Notes under the pieces: generated by a model | Told to the model about the DNA's origin: nothing | Databases searched by the model: none | What the model saw: only the letters and a program-made list of their open reading frames with translations | Made by a program: the position numbers and the translations under genes | DNA from: Octopus sinensis | Taxonomy: Eukaryota | Direction of reading: 5' to 3' | NCBI RefSeq assembly: GCF_006345805.1 | Contig: NC_043010.1 | Span: 23,870,001-23,934,000, forward strand | Length of the DNA stretch: 64,000 bases | Shown here: positions 1 to 12,297 of the stretch, piece by piece | Layout of the letters: each line of letters starts with the position of its first letter | Position numbering within the stretch: position 1 is the first letter of the stretch

Positions 1-112
1 TTATATTTTGTAATTTTTTGTAAATTTTTAAAATTCGCTTTGTTGTAAAACCCATTCGTGTATCTGACCCCATCATCAGATTGTATTGTCCCATCTATGT
101 TCGCCCCTTGTG

Positions 113-430
113 GGTAATAATAAAACAACATGGAGGAAAGCACCTTCGAAAAGTGTCTTTGTGCGACTATGAAAGATATCTAATCAGAGGCGGTAAAGTC
201 GCCACAATAGAAGCAAGGTTCGAGTCAACGGAGCGTGCAAGGGAGTATTCGACTCGAACTTGCAAAGTGGAATTATATTTTACTTTTCCCTTTATATCTG
301 GGACGTAGGACGTCCGGAAAAAAATTTTTAATGCATCCCCCACCCCAGAAGTAGAGGTAGGCTGTATTGTAGCCACGCTTCTATACAAGAGGGAGGGCAA
401 GATACAATTGATCGAAATTACAAGAGACGG
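113..430 (+). pseudogene. Degenerate fragment of an L1/Tx1-type ORF1
   Basis: Frameshifted translation STFEKCL / YLIRGGKVATIEARFESTERAREYS / VGCIVATLL aligns by eye with IVEKCL / YVGRGARSATVEAHFDSADVAREIS / IMWVAAAVL of the ORF1 at 18043-19476. Confidence 0.55.
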
Positions 431-578
431 GCTAACAATTCCAGTCTGTTATATATTTTGAGTATTGTTATCACTAGCGATATCAACATATAACTTTGTA
501 TTTCGTATTTTATGTGTAGATGTATATATATAGAAGTACATGTAATATGTACACATATATATACACATATATACATGC

Positions 579-620
579 ACTAGCACTATGACCCGGCAAG
601 GCCGGGTCTTTAATGCTAGT
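579..620. other. 42-bp palindromic unit resembling a Helitron 3' terminus on both strands
   Basis: ACTAGCA-ctat-GACCCGGC-aag-GCCGGGTC-tttaa-TGCTAGT: an 8-bp GC hairpin with CTAG|T a few nt away on each side. Confidence 0.4.
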
Positions 621-779
621 ATATATATATATATCATCGACCGCATATACTCAATGCTTGTTTTCTTGTTCGTTGGTTCGCTGCGTACATCGCTCTAGAG
701 ACGACTCCTGCATAACACTGGATGTTAGAATACCTGAAAGTCATATGCAAGTGAGACACCATGCTTCCAGTCCCATCCA

Positions 780-935
780 AGGGTGGTGGATACCGACATT
801 TCGCTGCTTTCAGTTTTCGTCCACTTACAAGACTTTGGTCGACCCGGTGATGTTATAGAAGACCAGCTGTGGGACTGAACCGGAAACCATGTAGCTGGCA
901 AGCAAACTTTTTTACCACACAGCTACGTCTATACA
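780..935 (-). mobile_element. tRNA-derived SINE (family B) 5' fragment
   Basis: Reverse complement matches the head of the copy at 33546 (A box, B box GGTTCAGTCCC). Confidence 0.55.
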
Positions 936-976
936 TTTACATACACGCTCATATTTAAGTTGAGGCACACACACTC

Positions 977-1057
<81 letters not shown>

Positions 1058-1070
1058 GTGTGTGTTGTGC
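977..1070. repeat. (GT)n microsatellite; representative of dozens of (TA)n/(GT)n/(TATG)n/(GATA)n/(GA)n tracts in the window
   Basis: Seen directly in the sequence. Confidence 0.95.
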
Positions 1071-1661
1071 ATATATGCAGGTATTTATACATATATATAT
1101 GACACGTTATCTCGTTTGGAATTTCTGTATCGATAATTTTTACGTAAACTAAACACTAGACGCAGAAATCCACAGGTTAAACAAACAGCAATTCATGAAC
1201 GGGTATTTTGAAAAACTATTGGACAAAGAGTCATGGAACAACACAAGTAGAATAACAACAACAGCAACAACGAAATAAAAGGAAATAAAACTAAAATTCG
1301 ACAGACACCAAACCTATTAAATATGCACAAATCATACGCCAAGTGAATGATATAAATCAAATGAACACCAACCGCAGAATAGGTGAGCACATGATCAGAA
1401 ACCCACGTAAACCAAGAAAGAAAACGTGTTACAACAAACTATATATTAACGTGAGTAATATACTATTAAAACAACTGAAATTAAAAACTTTCTGAAGAAT
1501 AATAAATCAGAAATTTGTAAACCCAGGAGCCGGTGACTAACGACCAATGTGGTTTATAGATTTCTATTGTAAACGTGTAGGTTGTAAATTTCATGACTAT
1601 GGCTGCTATTCTGGCAGTAAATTCAGTTGCATACTGTGGGGTTGCAGAGTAGAGGAAACGA

Positions 1662-2260
1662 GGCGGCGAGCTGGTAGAAACGTTAGCACGCCGGACGAAA
1701 TGCTTAGCGGCATTTCGTCTGCCGTTACGTTCTTAGTTCAAATTCTGCCGAGGTCGATTTTGCCTTTCATCCTTTCGGGGCCGATTAAAGAAGTACCAGT
1801 TACGCACTAGGGTCGATATAATCGACTTAATCCGTTTGTCTGTCCTTGTTCGTCCTCTCTATGTTTAGCCCCGTGTGGGTAGTGAAGAAATAGGTATTTC
1901 GTCTGCCGTTACGTTATGAGTTCAAATTCCTCCGAGGTCAACTTTGCCTTTCATCCTTTTGGGGTTGATAAATTAAGTACCAGTTACGCACTGGGGTCGA
2001 CGTAATCGACTTAATCCGTTTGTCTGTCCTTGTTTGTCCTCTCTATCTTTAGCCCCTTGAGGGCAATAAAGAAATAAGAAATGTTAACACGCCGGACAAA
2101 ATGCTTAGAGTCCGTCTTTAAGTTTTTGAGTTCAAATTTCACCGAGGTTGACTTTGTCTTTCATCATTTCGGGGTCGATAAATTAAGTACCAGTTGCGTA
2201 CTGGGGTAGATTTCATCAACTTGTTCACTCCCTTAAAATTTCGGGCCTTGTACCTCGAGC
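1662..2260 (+). mobile_element. Multimeric tRNA-derived SINE (family A), about 184-bp internal period
   Basis: Head GGCGGCGAGCTGGTAGAAACGTTAG; B box GAGTTCAAATTC repeated three times; unit starts at 1712 and 1896. Confidence 0.8.
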
Positions 2261-2287
2261 ACAAAAGAATATTCATACAGGAAACAA

Positions 2288-2475
2288 GGTGGTGAGGTGG
2301 TAGAATTGTTAACACGCCAGAGTCCGTCTTTAAGTTCTGAGTTCAAATTCCACTGAGATCGACATTGTCTTTTGTCCTTTCAAGGTCGATAAAATAAGTA
2401 CCAGTTTATACATGGGTCGATGTAATCGATTAGCCTCCCCTCTGGACCTTGCTGGACTTGTGCCAAAAAAATTTG
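2288..2475 (+). mobile_element. SINE family A monomer
   Basis: Same head, B box and tail (...GGACTTGTGCCAAAAAAATTTGAAA). Confidence 0.7.
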
Positions 2476-3589
2476 AAATCGATATATCTACACGAAACAA
2501 CACAAAGCAAAACAGTGGAGTCGTATGCTGGTAACACATCTATACGCTGTTGAATTCCACAGAAAACATGTTTAAAGAGAAATTAATATATGCACTTGAA
2601 ACAGCATTATATTAAAATGCCGCTGGGGCAATTATTTAATGTATATTTAAACGAAAAAAACACTAGTTGTAATATTTCTTCTGAGAGAAACTTCTGAAAA
2701 AGATATGTATTTTGACAGACTCAAGATTTTACTCGTAAAGCAAGTTGATTCTAGGTCACTATGTTTCGACCTGATTTAGTCCCCTCAGTAACAAATAAAA
2801 CAGGTTCTGAGTTAAAGCAAAAATGCTTGTTCCAATACAGAAATCGATCAACAAAACATTTACTGATTCGTGTTAAAGCTAGTTAAACTAAATTTAAATT
2901 CACATACAAACTTGAAAAATCTATTTTTCAAAACATTATTTATGTATTTTATAATTTCATTGCAATTTTATTTTGCATATCACTATAGCTATGGTGCAAG
3001 CTTTCTCTGTAAACTTTTGGGAATGACACATTAATTTGGGTCTACATTAATCACACTGAGTTAAACAGCGAGAGAATTTAACGAAGGACTTATTTAAACA
3101 ATCACCCGAGAAGGAACACCTTGGATGTAAGATAATGATTGTGCAACATCTCACCAATGTATGAATGGTGTAAGAATGTGTTGAAACAATCGGAATGGTT
3201 TTACATAAATAATGCCGTTAATTGCATCTTCTATCATTTATCTATATAACATGTAGAATATATATATATACAAATGTGGAAGAGTACTGTCTGTAAATTT
3301 GTCAGACAAACTTTTCAAAGGGACATTTGTAAAAAGAAAAAAAGAGTGATATAGCTTTGCTCAAAATTGGGATTGGTTTTTGGACACGTTCTTTCGACCT
3401 GATTTCTTTCCCTCCAGTCAGGAATAGTTTGTAAATGCTGAGGTAAGCTGAAACTGTTTGTTGCGATATACGAATCGGTAAATGTTATGTTTACCAATTC
3501 GTGATTGAGACAGCCAGGCTAGAATGAAATTATTATACGCTATTGAACGAGATAAAATTTTACTGCGTTATTCTTCCACGTTTGCATAT

Positions 3590-3964
3590 CGTGGCACACC
3601 CTCGGTTACGAAGACGAGGGTTCCAGTTGATCCGATTAATGAACAGCCTGATCGTGAAATTAAAGTGCAAGTGGCTGAGCAGTCCACAGACACGTGTGCC
3701 CTTAACGTAGGGGATATTCAGCGTGACACAGAGTTTGACAAGGCTGGCCCTTTGAAATACAAACAGGTACAACGGAAACAGGAAGAAAGAGTGAAAGTTG
3801 TGGTGAAAGAGTGCAACAGGAGTCACCGGCACCCACTGCCGGAGCCTCGTGGAGCTTTAGGTGTTTTCGCTCAATAAACACTCACAACACCCGGTTTGGG
3901 AATCGAAACCGCGATCCTACTACAGCGAGTCCGCTGCCCAAACCACTGGACCATTGCGACTCCA
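3590..3964 (-). mobile_element. Full-length tRNA-derived SINE (family E) with 13-bp TSD
   Basis: Minus-strand head GGAGTCGCAATGGTCCAGTGG...GGTTTCGATTCC; TSD CACGTTTGCATAT at 3577-3589 and 3965-3977. Confidence 0.85.
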
Positions 3965-4545
3965 CACGTTTGCATATACATTATAATTGCATAATATGTG
4001 GATGTATCTCACGCAATATAGTTGGAGTTCAGAAATCTAACTCGATAACCTTTAGTAACACAGATGGGGAGGAAAACAAAAAATAAATGTATATCCACAA
4101 ATCTACTACAGATAATTAACCCTACTTCGATTCTACTACCTCCACTGTATTCAATATTGTTTCAATTTAATTTATTTCTTGACATTTCCCCCAATTTATT
4201 GTACCTCATCTTTTATTATATTTTATTTTTGTTTTATTTTCTTCTATTTCTTCTCATGTTTCTCTCTATCTATCCTACTAACGGCATTACCCATTATCTT
4301 GCTTGCGTATTCATCATAAACTGACAGACGACATGTATTAATAAAAAGTAAACAGAAACGCAACGCTAATGACGTATAAACTTGATGGTGAAAACTCAAA
4401 TTTCAGCGAAGAAATTTTAGCAAGACGCAACGGATGTGTTTAATGTAGAGAGGCGAATGTCACTAAATATTGAAGATGGAGATTAGAAGATTAGAGTATG
4501 AAGTTATGAGTTCTATAAACATAATTAATGATAAGTATATATATA

Positions 4546-4619
<74 letters not shown>

Positions 4620-4625
<6 letters not shown>

Positions 4626-5995
4626 TAGTAAAAAGTGAAAAAACTACAGAAGGCTTGTTTTAAAAGGTTAAAAAATATATATTTGAGTCAATATGTCTGA
4701 AGAATATTATAAATTTTTTTCTTACAATGACATAGTTTAGAAGAAATGACCGGTTTCGCGTTCAGCTTTTCAAATTTCTTACATCGTTATGTTTATGTTG
4801 AGAAGAGTAATCGTTATGTTTATGTTGAAAAGAGTTCTAGATAAGGGGAGGTAATAAGTGATTCCTTCCGGTGTAAGGGAGATAATCGCTTAAAATTTTT
4901 TGCCTTTCCTTTGGGGTGAATTTCTCTGTATAAGTATGTTGGAATGGTTAAGTCTGGGCTTGTACTTTTCAATGAAGAATGTTTCCTTGTTTAGTCTAAT
5001 TTGTGTTGGTGTTCCGATAGCATATTGGTAAAATGGAACGATTAAAAATTGTGGTAGTGGTTGCTTTGCGCATTTCTCAATGTGCTCACTAAAAGGTATC
5101 ATTCTGTATTCTGGGAATGCAATCTGTTGTCGATGCAGTGTGCATCTATGTCTGAGTGATAGTCCCGTGGATCCCACGTAGTCTTGGTGGCAGCCCGAGC
5201 ATTTTATGACATAAATTATGTTTTCAGAGGCACAAGTAAAATTAGATTTGATCTTGAATTTCTGTCCCTCTTTGAAGAGGAATTCTGATCCTTCTAGCAG
5301 GTTTGGACATGTTGCACAGTTCAGTCTACCACATTTTTTAAACTTTTGCATCCGTAATTTCAGAAAACAATTTTGCCTTTGTGAGAATCTTTTTAAGTGA
5401 TTTAGGTTGTTTGCAGCTTTTAATGATTTGGTGTATGTTTAGAATTTCCTTTAATTTGGGGTCCTTATGAAGTATTGGTAAATTCTGGGCGATGATGGTG
5501 AAGGCTTCTTTGTTTCTGGGGTTGTATGTGGATATGTAAGGTAGTATTTTCGGGGAAGGTGTGTTGTTGTGTTGAACTTTTCTTAAAGTTTCTATGTTGA
5601 TTTCTGTTGCACGTCTGATCCCATCCTCTATGAGTTGAGCTGGGTAATGTCTGTCAATTAGGGTGTTTTTGAGTTCTTGCAGTCTAAAGTTCCTGGTATT
5701 TTGTTCTGACAGTATTGTGCATATCCTTCTTGCAAGGTTGAAGGGGATGTTTGTTTTAGTGTGTCTTGGGTGGCATGAATTAAAAAGAAGGTATTGTTTG
5801 GCGTCTGTGGCTTTGTAAAAAATGTCTGTTTCTATTTTAAGGTTAATTTTTTTAATTAGTATATCCAAGAATGGGAGCTCCTTTTGGTTGTATTCCATTG
5901 TGAACTGTATATTTGGGTGTATGCTGTTCAATAGGTTTTTAAATTTTAGGAGTTTATCTGTGTTTTCATTCCAGAGTATAAAACAATCGTCCAGG
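4620..5995 (-). mobile_element. 5'-truncated Penelope-like element (RT C-terminal half + Cys-rich linker + GIY-YIG), flanked by (TA)n/(GA)n
   Basis: ORFs 5338-5931 ([39 protein letters not shown]) and 4890-5351 (CGRLNCATC, NIIYVIKCSGCHQDYVGST) are joined by a frameshift. Confidence 0.9.
4741..4781 (-). ncRNA. Degenerate type I hammerhead ribozyme in the PLE 3' region
   Basis: AAGAAAT-TTGAAAA-AGCTGAACGC-GAAA-CCGG-TC-ATTTCTT: 7-bp helix I and palindromic ACCGGT; the CUGANGA box is mutated. Confidence 0.55.
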
Positions 5996-6019
5996 AATCG
6001 TTTCCAATTCTCTTTTATG

Positions 6020-6050
<31 letters not shown>

Positions 6051-6160
6051 TATATATATATACATATATACATATTCAGGCACATACATATATACATATA
6101 TACATACACACACACACTCACACACGCATGTATGTATATATATATACATATATATATACA

Positions 6161-6312
6161 CGACGGGTTTCTTTCGGTTTCCGTCTACAAGATCCAGGCA
6201 CAATGCTTTTGTTGGCTCGATGCTAGAGCAAACGTCACTCTCCCATGGTGCTACGCAGTGAGACTGAACCCGTAAACATATGGTTGGGAAGCAAAAATTT
6301 TACCAAAGAGCT
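6161..6312 (-). mobile_element. SINE family B 5' part
   Basis: Matches 33546-33715 in reverse. Confidence 0.6.
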
Positions 6313-6429
6313 ACACTTTCACTTTTACCTAAAATACACACACACACACACACACACACAGGTAAATGGCTACCTTACCTACTTATATATAAAGTCTTTC
6401 TCACATACACATTCTAAGAACGAATGAAA

Positions 6430-6556
6430 GTGTATAGAATGAAGGTTCGAAACGTTAAAGACTTTTTCAATTCCCGAGCCTTATACTAATACGTCTGTTT
6501 GTTGTCTACACCACCTGTCTTCGTCTTTTGTTTTTGTTTGTGAATGCTCCCTCTAT
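6430..6556 (+). mobile_element. Solo PLE pseudo-LTR tail (HHR family 3, 3' half only)
   Basis: TTCGAAACGTTAAAGAC...CCTGTCTTCGTCTTTTGTTT matches 11730-11825 and 59120-59230. Confidence 0.6.
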
Positions 6557-6569
6557 ATACACACAAATG

Positions 6570-6631
<62 letters not shown>

Positions 6632-6646
6632 ATAAACATATATATA

Positions 6647-6699
<53 letters not shown>

Positions 6700-6703
<4 letters not shown>

Positions 6704-7245
6704 TAACTGATTTGGATCTAAAAGACCACAATGAACAATTTCATTTAGAATGGTTGATTCTCTCAATCTCGATACCTTATGACAAAGGCAAAGAATTCTG
6801 TCTTCTCTGCAATTCTGAGCTATTTTTCATTATTTTTTCTAAAAATCCCCTAGTAAACACGGTTATAAAGCGAGCATACAGATGTAAACATTGGCAAAAA
6901 CACACATTTAGTGCATATAAGTAGCCTCCATCATTATATATAATTTAAACTTTAATTTCCTTTATACTTAACATTCACTATTAATATCCCTACTCTTTCT
7001 GTTAGCTACTTATGACGTTATATCATATAACGTTTTTTTTAAACAATATTAATAGCGTTTATTAATCGCTATACAAATCCATCATTTTTTGCTAAAATGT
7101 CTTATTGACGAGTTTCGTTTTTTTCACTTTTCTGAAGAGAAGATTGCATTGTTTATACCATTTATTCTTTTGAATAATATCAGTGGAATTTTCGAAACAT
7201 GTGTCGAAAGTAAAAATATTTGATTTACACCTGCGTTAAACTCCA
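6700..7245 (+). mobile_element. 3' fragment of a PLE related to 20328-23418
   Basis: [32 protein letters not shown]...CKHWQKHTF resembles FRLEWSIFSVSLPFNKGRKICALCNSELFHI...CLHWKKHTF; followed by a homologous HHR. Confidence 0.8.
7127..7210 (+). ncRNA. Type I hammerhead ribozyme with intact core and long helix II
   Basis: CTTTT-CTGAAGA-GAAGATTGCATTG...CAGTGGAATTTTC-GAAA-CATGTG-TC-GAAAG; predicted cleavage after C7205. Confidence 0.8.
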
Positions 7246-8017
7246 TTTATTTATTCATATATATAAACATATATATATATATAGATATGAACAAATGCAA
7301 AAGACACATACCAAACACTCACACACACACACAAACACACATTCATACACACATTACGGTCATTCGTTAATGGTTTCAACATCTGAAAGCATACATTTCA
7401 TTCAATGAGCGCTATAAATGTATTTTTCTTGCGTGCAGTAATTACTAGGTTCCTAACAGCAAATTGCTTTTTATATTAAAGCAAAAACCTTTTCGATTAG
7501 GATAAAAGCAAGACAAATCATCTTTCTCAATCGTCAGGCTGTGTCCAGGAGTATTACAGAACATAACTGCAGGTTATTTATGAGAATTCGTGAGAATAAC
7601 CATGTATATGGTTAAGATCACATCGATCGTAGTTATTAGCTCGATAGCTTCCAGCATGTAATAGGCTGGTAGTTTACTCTGATGGAATATTCATTAGAAT
7701 TAATTAATTAATCGATAAATAATATTTCATCTGGAACGGTTTCGTAAAGATTACGTGTACCCTACAATTCCAATATCCAGTAGTAACATTAGTTGCGTAT
7801 AACGTGCGGTAAATAAATCCAGGCAATCTGATGAATGACAATGTGGCAGCCATATTCCTATGACATAATGGACGTATAATTAATAAAACGTCTTGCGATA
7901 GAAACATATGTAGCACGTCTATACTTAAAATTTTATTTGATATATATATGTGTGTGTGTGTATGTGTGTGTGTCTGTATGTGTGTGTGTATGTGTGTGTG
8001 TATGTGTGTGTGTGTGT

Positions 8018-8245
8018 GGAGGCGCGTGGCTTAGTGGTTAGGGTGTCAGCATCATAATCGTAAGATTGTGGTTTCGATTCCTGGACAGGGCGACGCGTTG
8101 TGTTCTTGAGCAAAACACTTAATTTCACATTGCTCCAGTCCACTCAGCTGGCAAAAATGAGTAACGCTGCGAAGGACTCGCGTCCCGTCCAGCTGGGGAA
8201 CACATACGTCATTGAAACCGAGAAACTGGGCCAATGAGCGCATTT
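8018..8245 (+). mobile_element. tRNA-derived SINE (family C)
   Basis: A box TGGCTTAGTGG and B box GGTTTCGATTCC; body shared with 56790-57112 and 60594-60895. Confidence 0.8.
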
Positions 8246-8252
8246 GTTTTTA

Positions 8253-8298
<46 letters not shown>

Positions 8299-8302
8299 CA
8301 TT

Positions 8303-8338
<36 letters not shown>

Positions 8339-9177
8339 GGTCTAACAGATATTTTTTTTAGTACTAAAATCATCTACGCGATACATTCCAGAAGTTTTGA
8401 GACACTTTCTGGTTATTACTGTCTTAGATTATTCTAATTTCAGTCTATCATCACTATGCATCTAATAAGTTGGATTGCCAACTTTTGTTAATGGAGATTG
8501 AAGGAGACGCTTGTAACATAACTTGATAACATTCTTTATCTCGTATTCTCTTTAAGTTGGTATCATTAACTAAAGTTTCAATTTCATTGACTTCCATCTA
8601 TTTTTAATTCATTTGTAGTGTTTCTGTTCTTTTTTGCAAACATTTACTTTTCACTTCCTTAACACGCGTATTTTTCAACAATCATTCTGCAATTTTAAAT
8701 ATTTCCATTATTCCCTGCCATACTTTGATTTAAGAATTCTACAGACCAGTTTGTATTTCTTATATCCTCTCTACCTATTTCTTTGATTCACTGACTCCGT
8801 ATCTTTCCCATATCTTCTCTCTCTTTCTCCCTCTCTCCTCACTATCCTTCTATGTCCGTCTCTCTGCTTCCCTATCCTTCTCACTTTCTCACTATTTAAC
8901 TTCTTATCTCGGTTTTCTTAATATAAATTGTGGGTCTATTTACACCATTCTTCCCACAAAATTAGCCTCTCTTGCACAGTCTTCATCTTCCCTATAATTA
9001 ACTCCCTATCTATAATTTTTGCGTTACAGTTGCCTCAATTAATCACAGAATGCCATGGTTCTTACAAATTGTCCGCCTACTTACGACAAACCTTGTGATT
9101 TTTAACTTGTTTCAGCCTCTCTCTCGCCCCTCTCTCCCCCCCTCTCTCTCTCTTTCACCGCCGTCCATGCTTATATA

Positions 9178-9316
9178 CAGTAATCTCTCAACTATCACCG
9201 GTGTTACGTATCAAAACCCCACCGTGATAGGTAAAACTCCGTGAAGTAGAAACAAACACCACTGAGAAATCGACGTAGGTTTCAATAATAAACCGCGATA
9301 TGGCGAGGTATTACTG
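9178..9316. mobile_element. pogo/Tigger-like MITE, about 24-bp imperfect TIRs, TA target
   Basis: TA-CAGTAATCTCTCAACTATCACCGG ... CCGCGATATGGCGAGGTATTACTG-TA. Confidence 0.65.
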
Positions 9317-9479
9317 TATATATACGTATGTGTGTATGCATATCTGTGTATCTGTGTGTGTGTGTGTGTGTGTGCGTGCACATGGGAGAACTACAAATGT
9401 GGACAGTGTCCTGTAATTTCTTGCTGAAAAACCAACACATAAGATTTGCTTAGACTGTTGAAATATTTGTGGTGCACCT

Positions 9480-9670
9480 GAGTTAACTCCTTCCATTAAG
9501 TCAACATTGCCTGAGTAGGCACACAGTGTGCCACTCATGGGAGTGATCAGAAAGCAACGTGAGATGCAGTGTTTTGCTGGAGAAGAAAAGGCACCGTCCG
9601 GTCCTGGAATCGAAACCTAAGATTTCGCTGTCGTGAATTATACTCAGTGACCTCTCGGTCACGCACCCTC
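9480..9670 (-). mobile_element. Degenerate family C-like SINE
   Basis: Reverse-strand B box (GGTTTCGATTCCAGGACCGG) and CACTGCATCTCACGTTGCT body. Confidence 0.5.
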
Positions 9671-9702
9671 ATATATATGTGTGTGCTTATATATGTGTGT
9701 AT

Positions 9703-11821
9703 TTCCGCGACACTCTACCTACATCTAATGAGGACTGCTTTTCATCGACCTGGGACGCCGACCATCCCAGTGGACGCCACCTCATGGCCAGTTCCAAGCA
9801 GTCGATCTTTTTGTGGGCGCCTGCCAGCGCGCTATGGACCGGTTTAATTTTGCCAGGCGCCCCGTCATCTAAACATCTCCCCAGCTGAACTCTCGGCCCT
9901 TTCATGTCGCCGACGCCGCACTGACATCATGATCAAAACGGCCGGCAAGGGTGGAGCCATGGTGGTGTGGTGCGCAGACTTCTACACGACCGAAGCTCTC
10001 CGCCAACTTCAAGACACCTCCTTCTATTGCCCTCTGACCCCATGCCCAGCAATTAACAGACTGTGTCCTCCACTATCCATGACCTCATCTCCTCCTCCTG
10101 TCTCTCCCCCACCGCCTCCAACATCATTGTCCGCACCCTTCGCAACACCACTATTTACGTCCTCCCACAAATCCACAAACCTAACAACTCTGGCCGCCCC
10201 AGCATCTCCAGATATCTGAACCGTGTCCTTGCCCCCACCCCTAGTGGCTTCCCTCCCCTCTCACATCCATGACACCAACCACGCACTTCGTTTGTTCAAC
10301 TCTTTCTCTTTCTCTCCTGGCTCCTCTAAACTTCTCTTCACCCTCGACATACTGAGCCTTTACACGGTGATCTCTCACCACGAGGGGCTGCGTGCACTCC
10401 AAAATTTCCTTGACCGTCGACCCCCCCCCCCACCTGACACATCCACACTCGTTCGTCTGGCCGAACCTGTACGCTCACTCAACTGCTTCTCGTTCGCTGG
10501 TGATTTCTACCAGTATTTTCGGGAGAGGCCATGAGAATGAGAATGGGCCCCAACTATGCGAACCTGTTCGTTGGCTATGTTAAGGCCCAAATATTCTCAA
10601 TATGCTCCCATCCACTCTGCCGCACTTGCCCTTACCTCTCCAGCATCACCCTTCTCCCCGGCACCCATCATCGACCCTATCATATCACTGACTCCTTCAC
10701 CTGCACTTCTACCAATATCATCTACTGCATATCCTGCTCTCTCTGCCCTTCTCAATACATCAAACAAACGAGACGCCGCTTGGCTGTCCGGTTCGCGGAA
10801 CACCTCCGAGACATCCGACTCGGCAATGACACCCCGGTCTCGCGCCATTTCCACTCTACCAGTCGCTCTTTGCCGCACCTGTCCGTGTTCAGATTGTTCT
10901 TGCACAGGGGACATCCGGAATCCCGTTTGCACCGTGAACAGGGATCAATCTACTCTCTTCGCTCCTTTGCACCACATGGGCTCAAATCTCCTCCCCTTTT
11001 CATCTAACCTTCTCCCCTCGCCTCTCTCTCCCCCTCATACCTACCTACTCCAACCTACTTCTCCTATCTTGCTCCGACTCCTACTTCTCTTCACTCCTAC
11101 CTCTCTTCACTCCTACTCTCCTTCTCTCTCCTCTTCACTCCTACCACCTTCTCCTTCCTCCCTCTCAGTGTTACCCTTCCGTCGTAAGACCACCCCACCC
11201 TTATACATTCCACCTCCACCTTCCCTATACTCCCCCATCCCTTACAACCACTCTCAATAGCCACCTCTACCCCCACCCTCCGCCTACACACATACCCCAC
11301 CGCTACCCCCATCCTCAGCCTAACCGACAACCCACCCTTGCTTTCCCCACTTTCGCCTCCCCCACCTCCCAGCACCATCATACCACACAACACACAACTA
11401 CAACTTACACCACCATACCACACAACACATCACATCACAACATACATCAGCACTGACCACTCCTTAGACACACATTCACACACGTACACATACACACACG
11501 CACACGTCAAGATCACCAACCCTCTTCCACACGCACATAAAAACTCTCTTATACACACGCACGCGCACCTTCGTTTTGCGGTCACCACTACTTTATTATC
11601 TCCCCTTTTCCTTAGCTCTCCTTTGTGACCCTTCTGTCTGGCATTCGTCATGATAGATCGCTAGCCAATACACATCATTTATTTTCTGTCCTTGTTTCTT
11701 TCTGTGTTCCTTTCTGAGGAAGAGCATAGGCTCGAAACGTTAAACACTTTCACTTCCCGAGCGTTATACCAATATTGTCTAGACCACCGGTCTTCGTCTT
11801 CAGTTTTTTTGTGAATTCTCC

Positions 11822-11825
<4 letters not shown>
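9703..11825 (+). mobile_element. GC-rich Penelope/Poseidon-type PLE, 5'-truncated and internally deleted, ending in an HHR-bearing pLTR before (TA)n
   Basis: IKTAGKGGAMVVW, YVLPQIHKPNNSGRP, FTLDILSLYT, MGPNYANLFVGYV, then directly CSHPLCRTC and NIIYCISCSLCPSQYIKQT. The YxDD motif and thumb are missing. Confidence 0.88.
11710..11745 (+). ncRNA. Minimal type I hammerhead ribozyme (family 3)
   Basis: TTT-CTGAGGA-A-GAGC-ATAG-GCTC-GAAA-CG-TT-AAA; palindromic ACGT helix III. Confidence 0.75.
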
Positions 11826-11863
<38 letters not shown>

Positions 11864-12129
11864 TATATTTATATATGTGTGTGTGTGTATTTATACACAC
11901 ACACTAACACACACACATATATATACATAGATATATGTATACATTTAGACTTACATATATACATATATATATATATATTAATATATTGACATTGCACAAT
12001 CTAAAAAATATGCACTCAATACGTGGTGTAGGTTCATGTTTACGCGGCATCATTTGGTGATTCATTTCATTCTTATTTCAAGGTTTCCCATACTTCACGT
12101 CAGGCAGAAAGTATATGGAAAAATAAACG

Positions 12130-12172
<43 letters not shown>

Positions 12173-12218
12173 GGTTCATAAATACATTATACAATATGTA
12201 TATATATATTTGTGTGTA

Positions 12219-12297
<79 letters not shown>

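Noticed and set aside
1488-1522. CTGAAGA...GAAA hammerhead-like boxes
   Set aside because: No helix II, and no palindromic or paired helix III.
1662-2260. CRISPR-like repeat array
   Set aside because: Eukaryotic SINE multimers with no unique spacers or cas genes.
3560-3832. LNIPYVKG resembling a PLE linker motif
   Set aside because: Lies inside a TSD-bounded tRNA-SINE; chance match.
8018-8095. Functional tRNA genes at SINE heads
   Set aside because: A and B boxes are present but there is no complete cloverleaf, and each continues into a shared SINE body.
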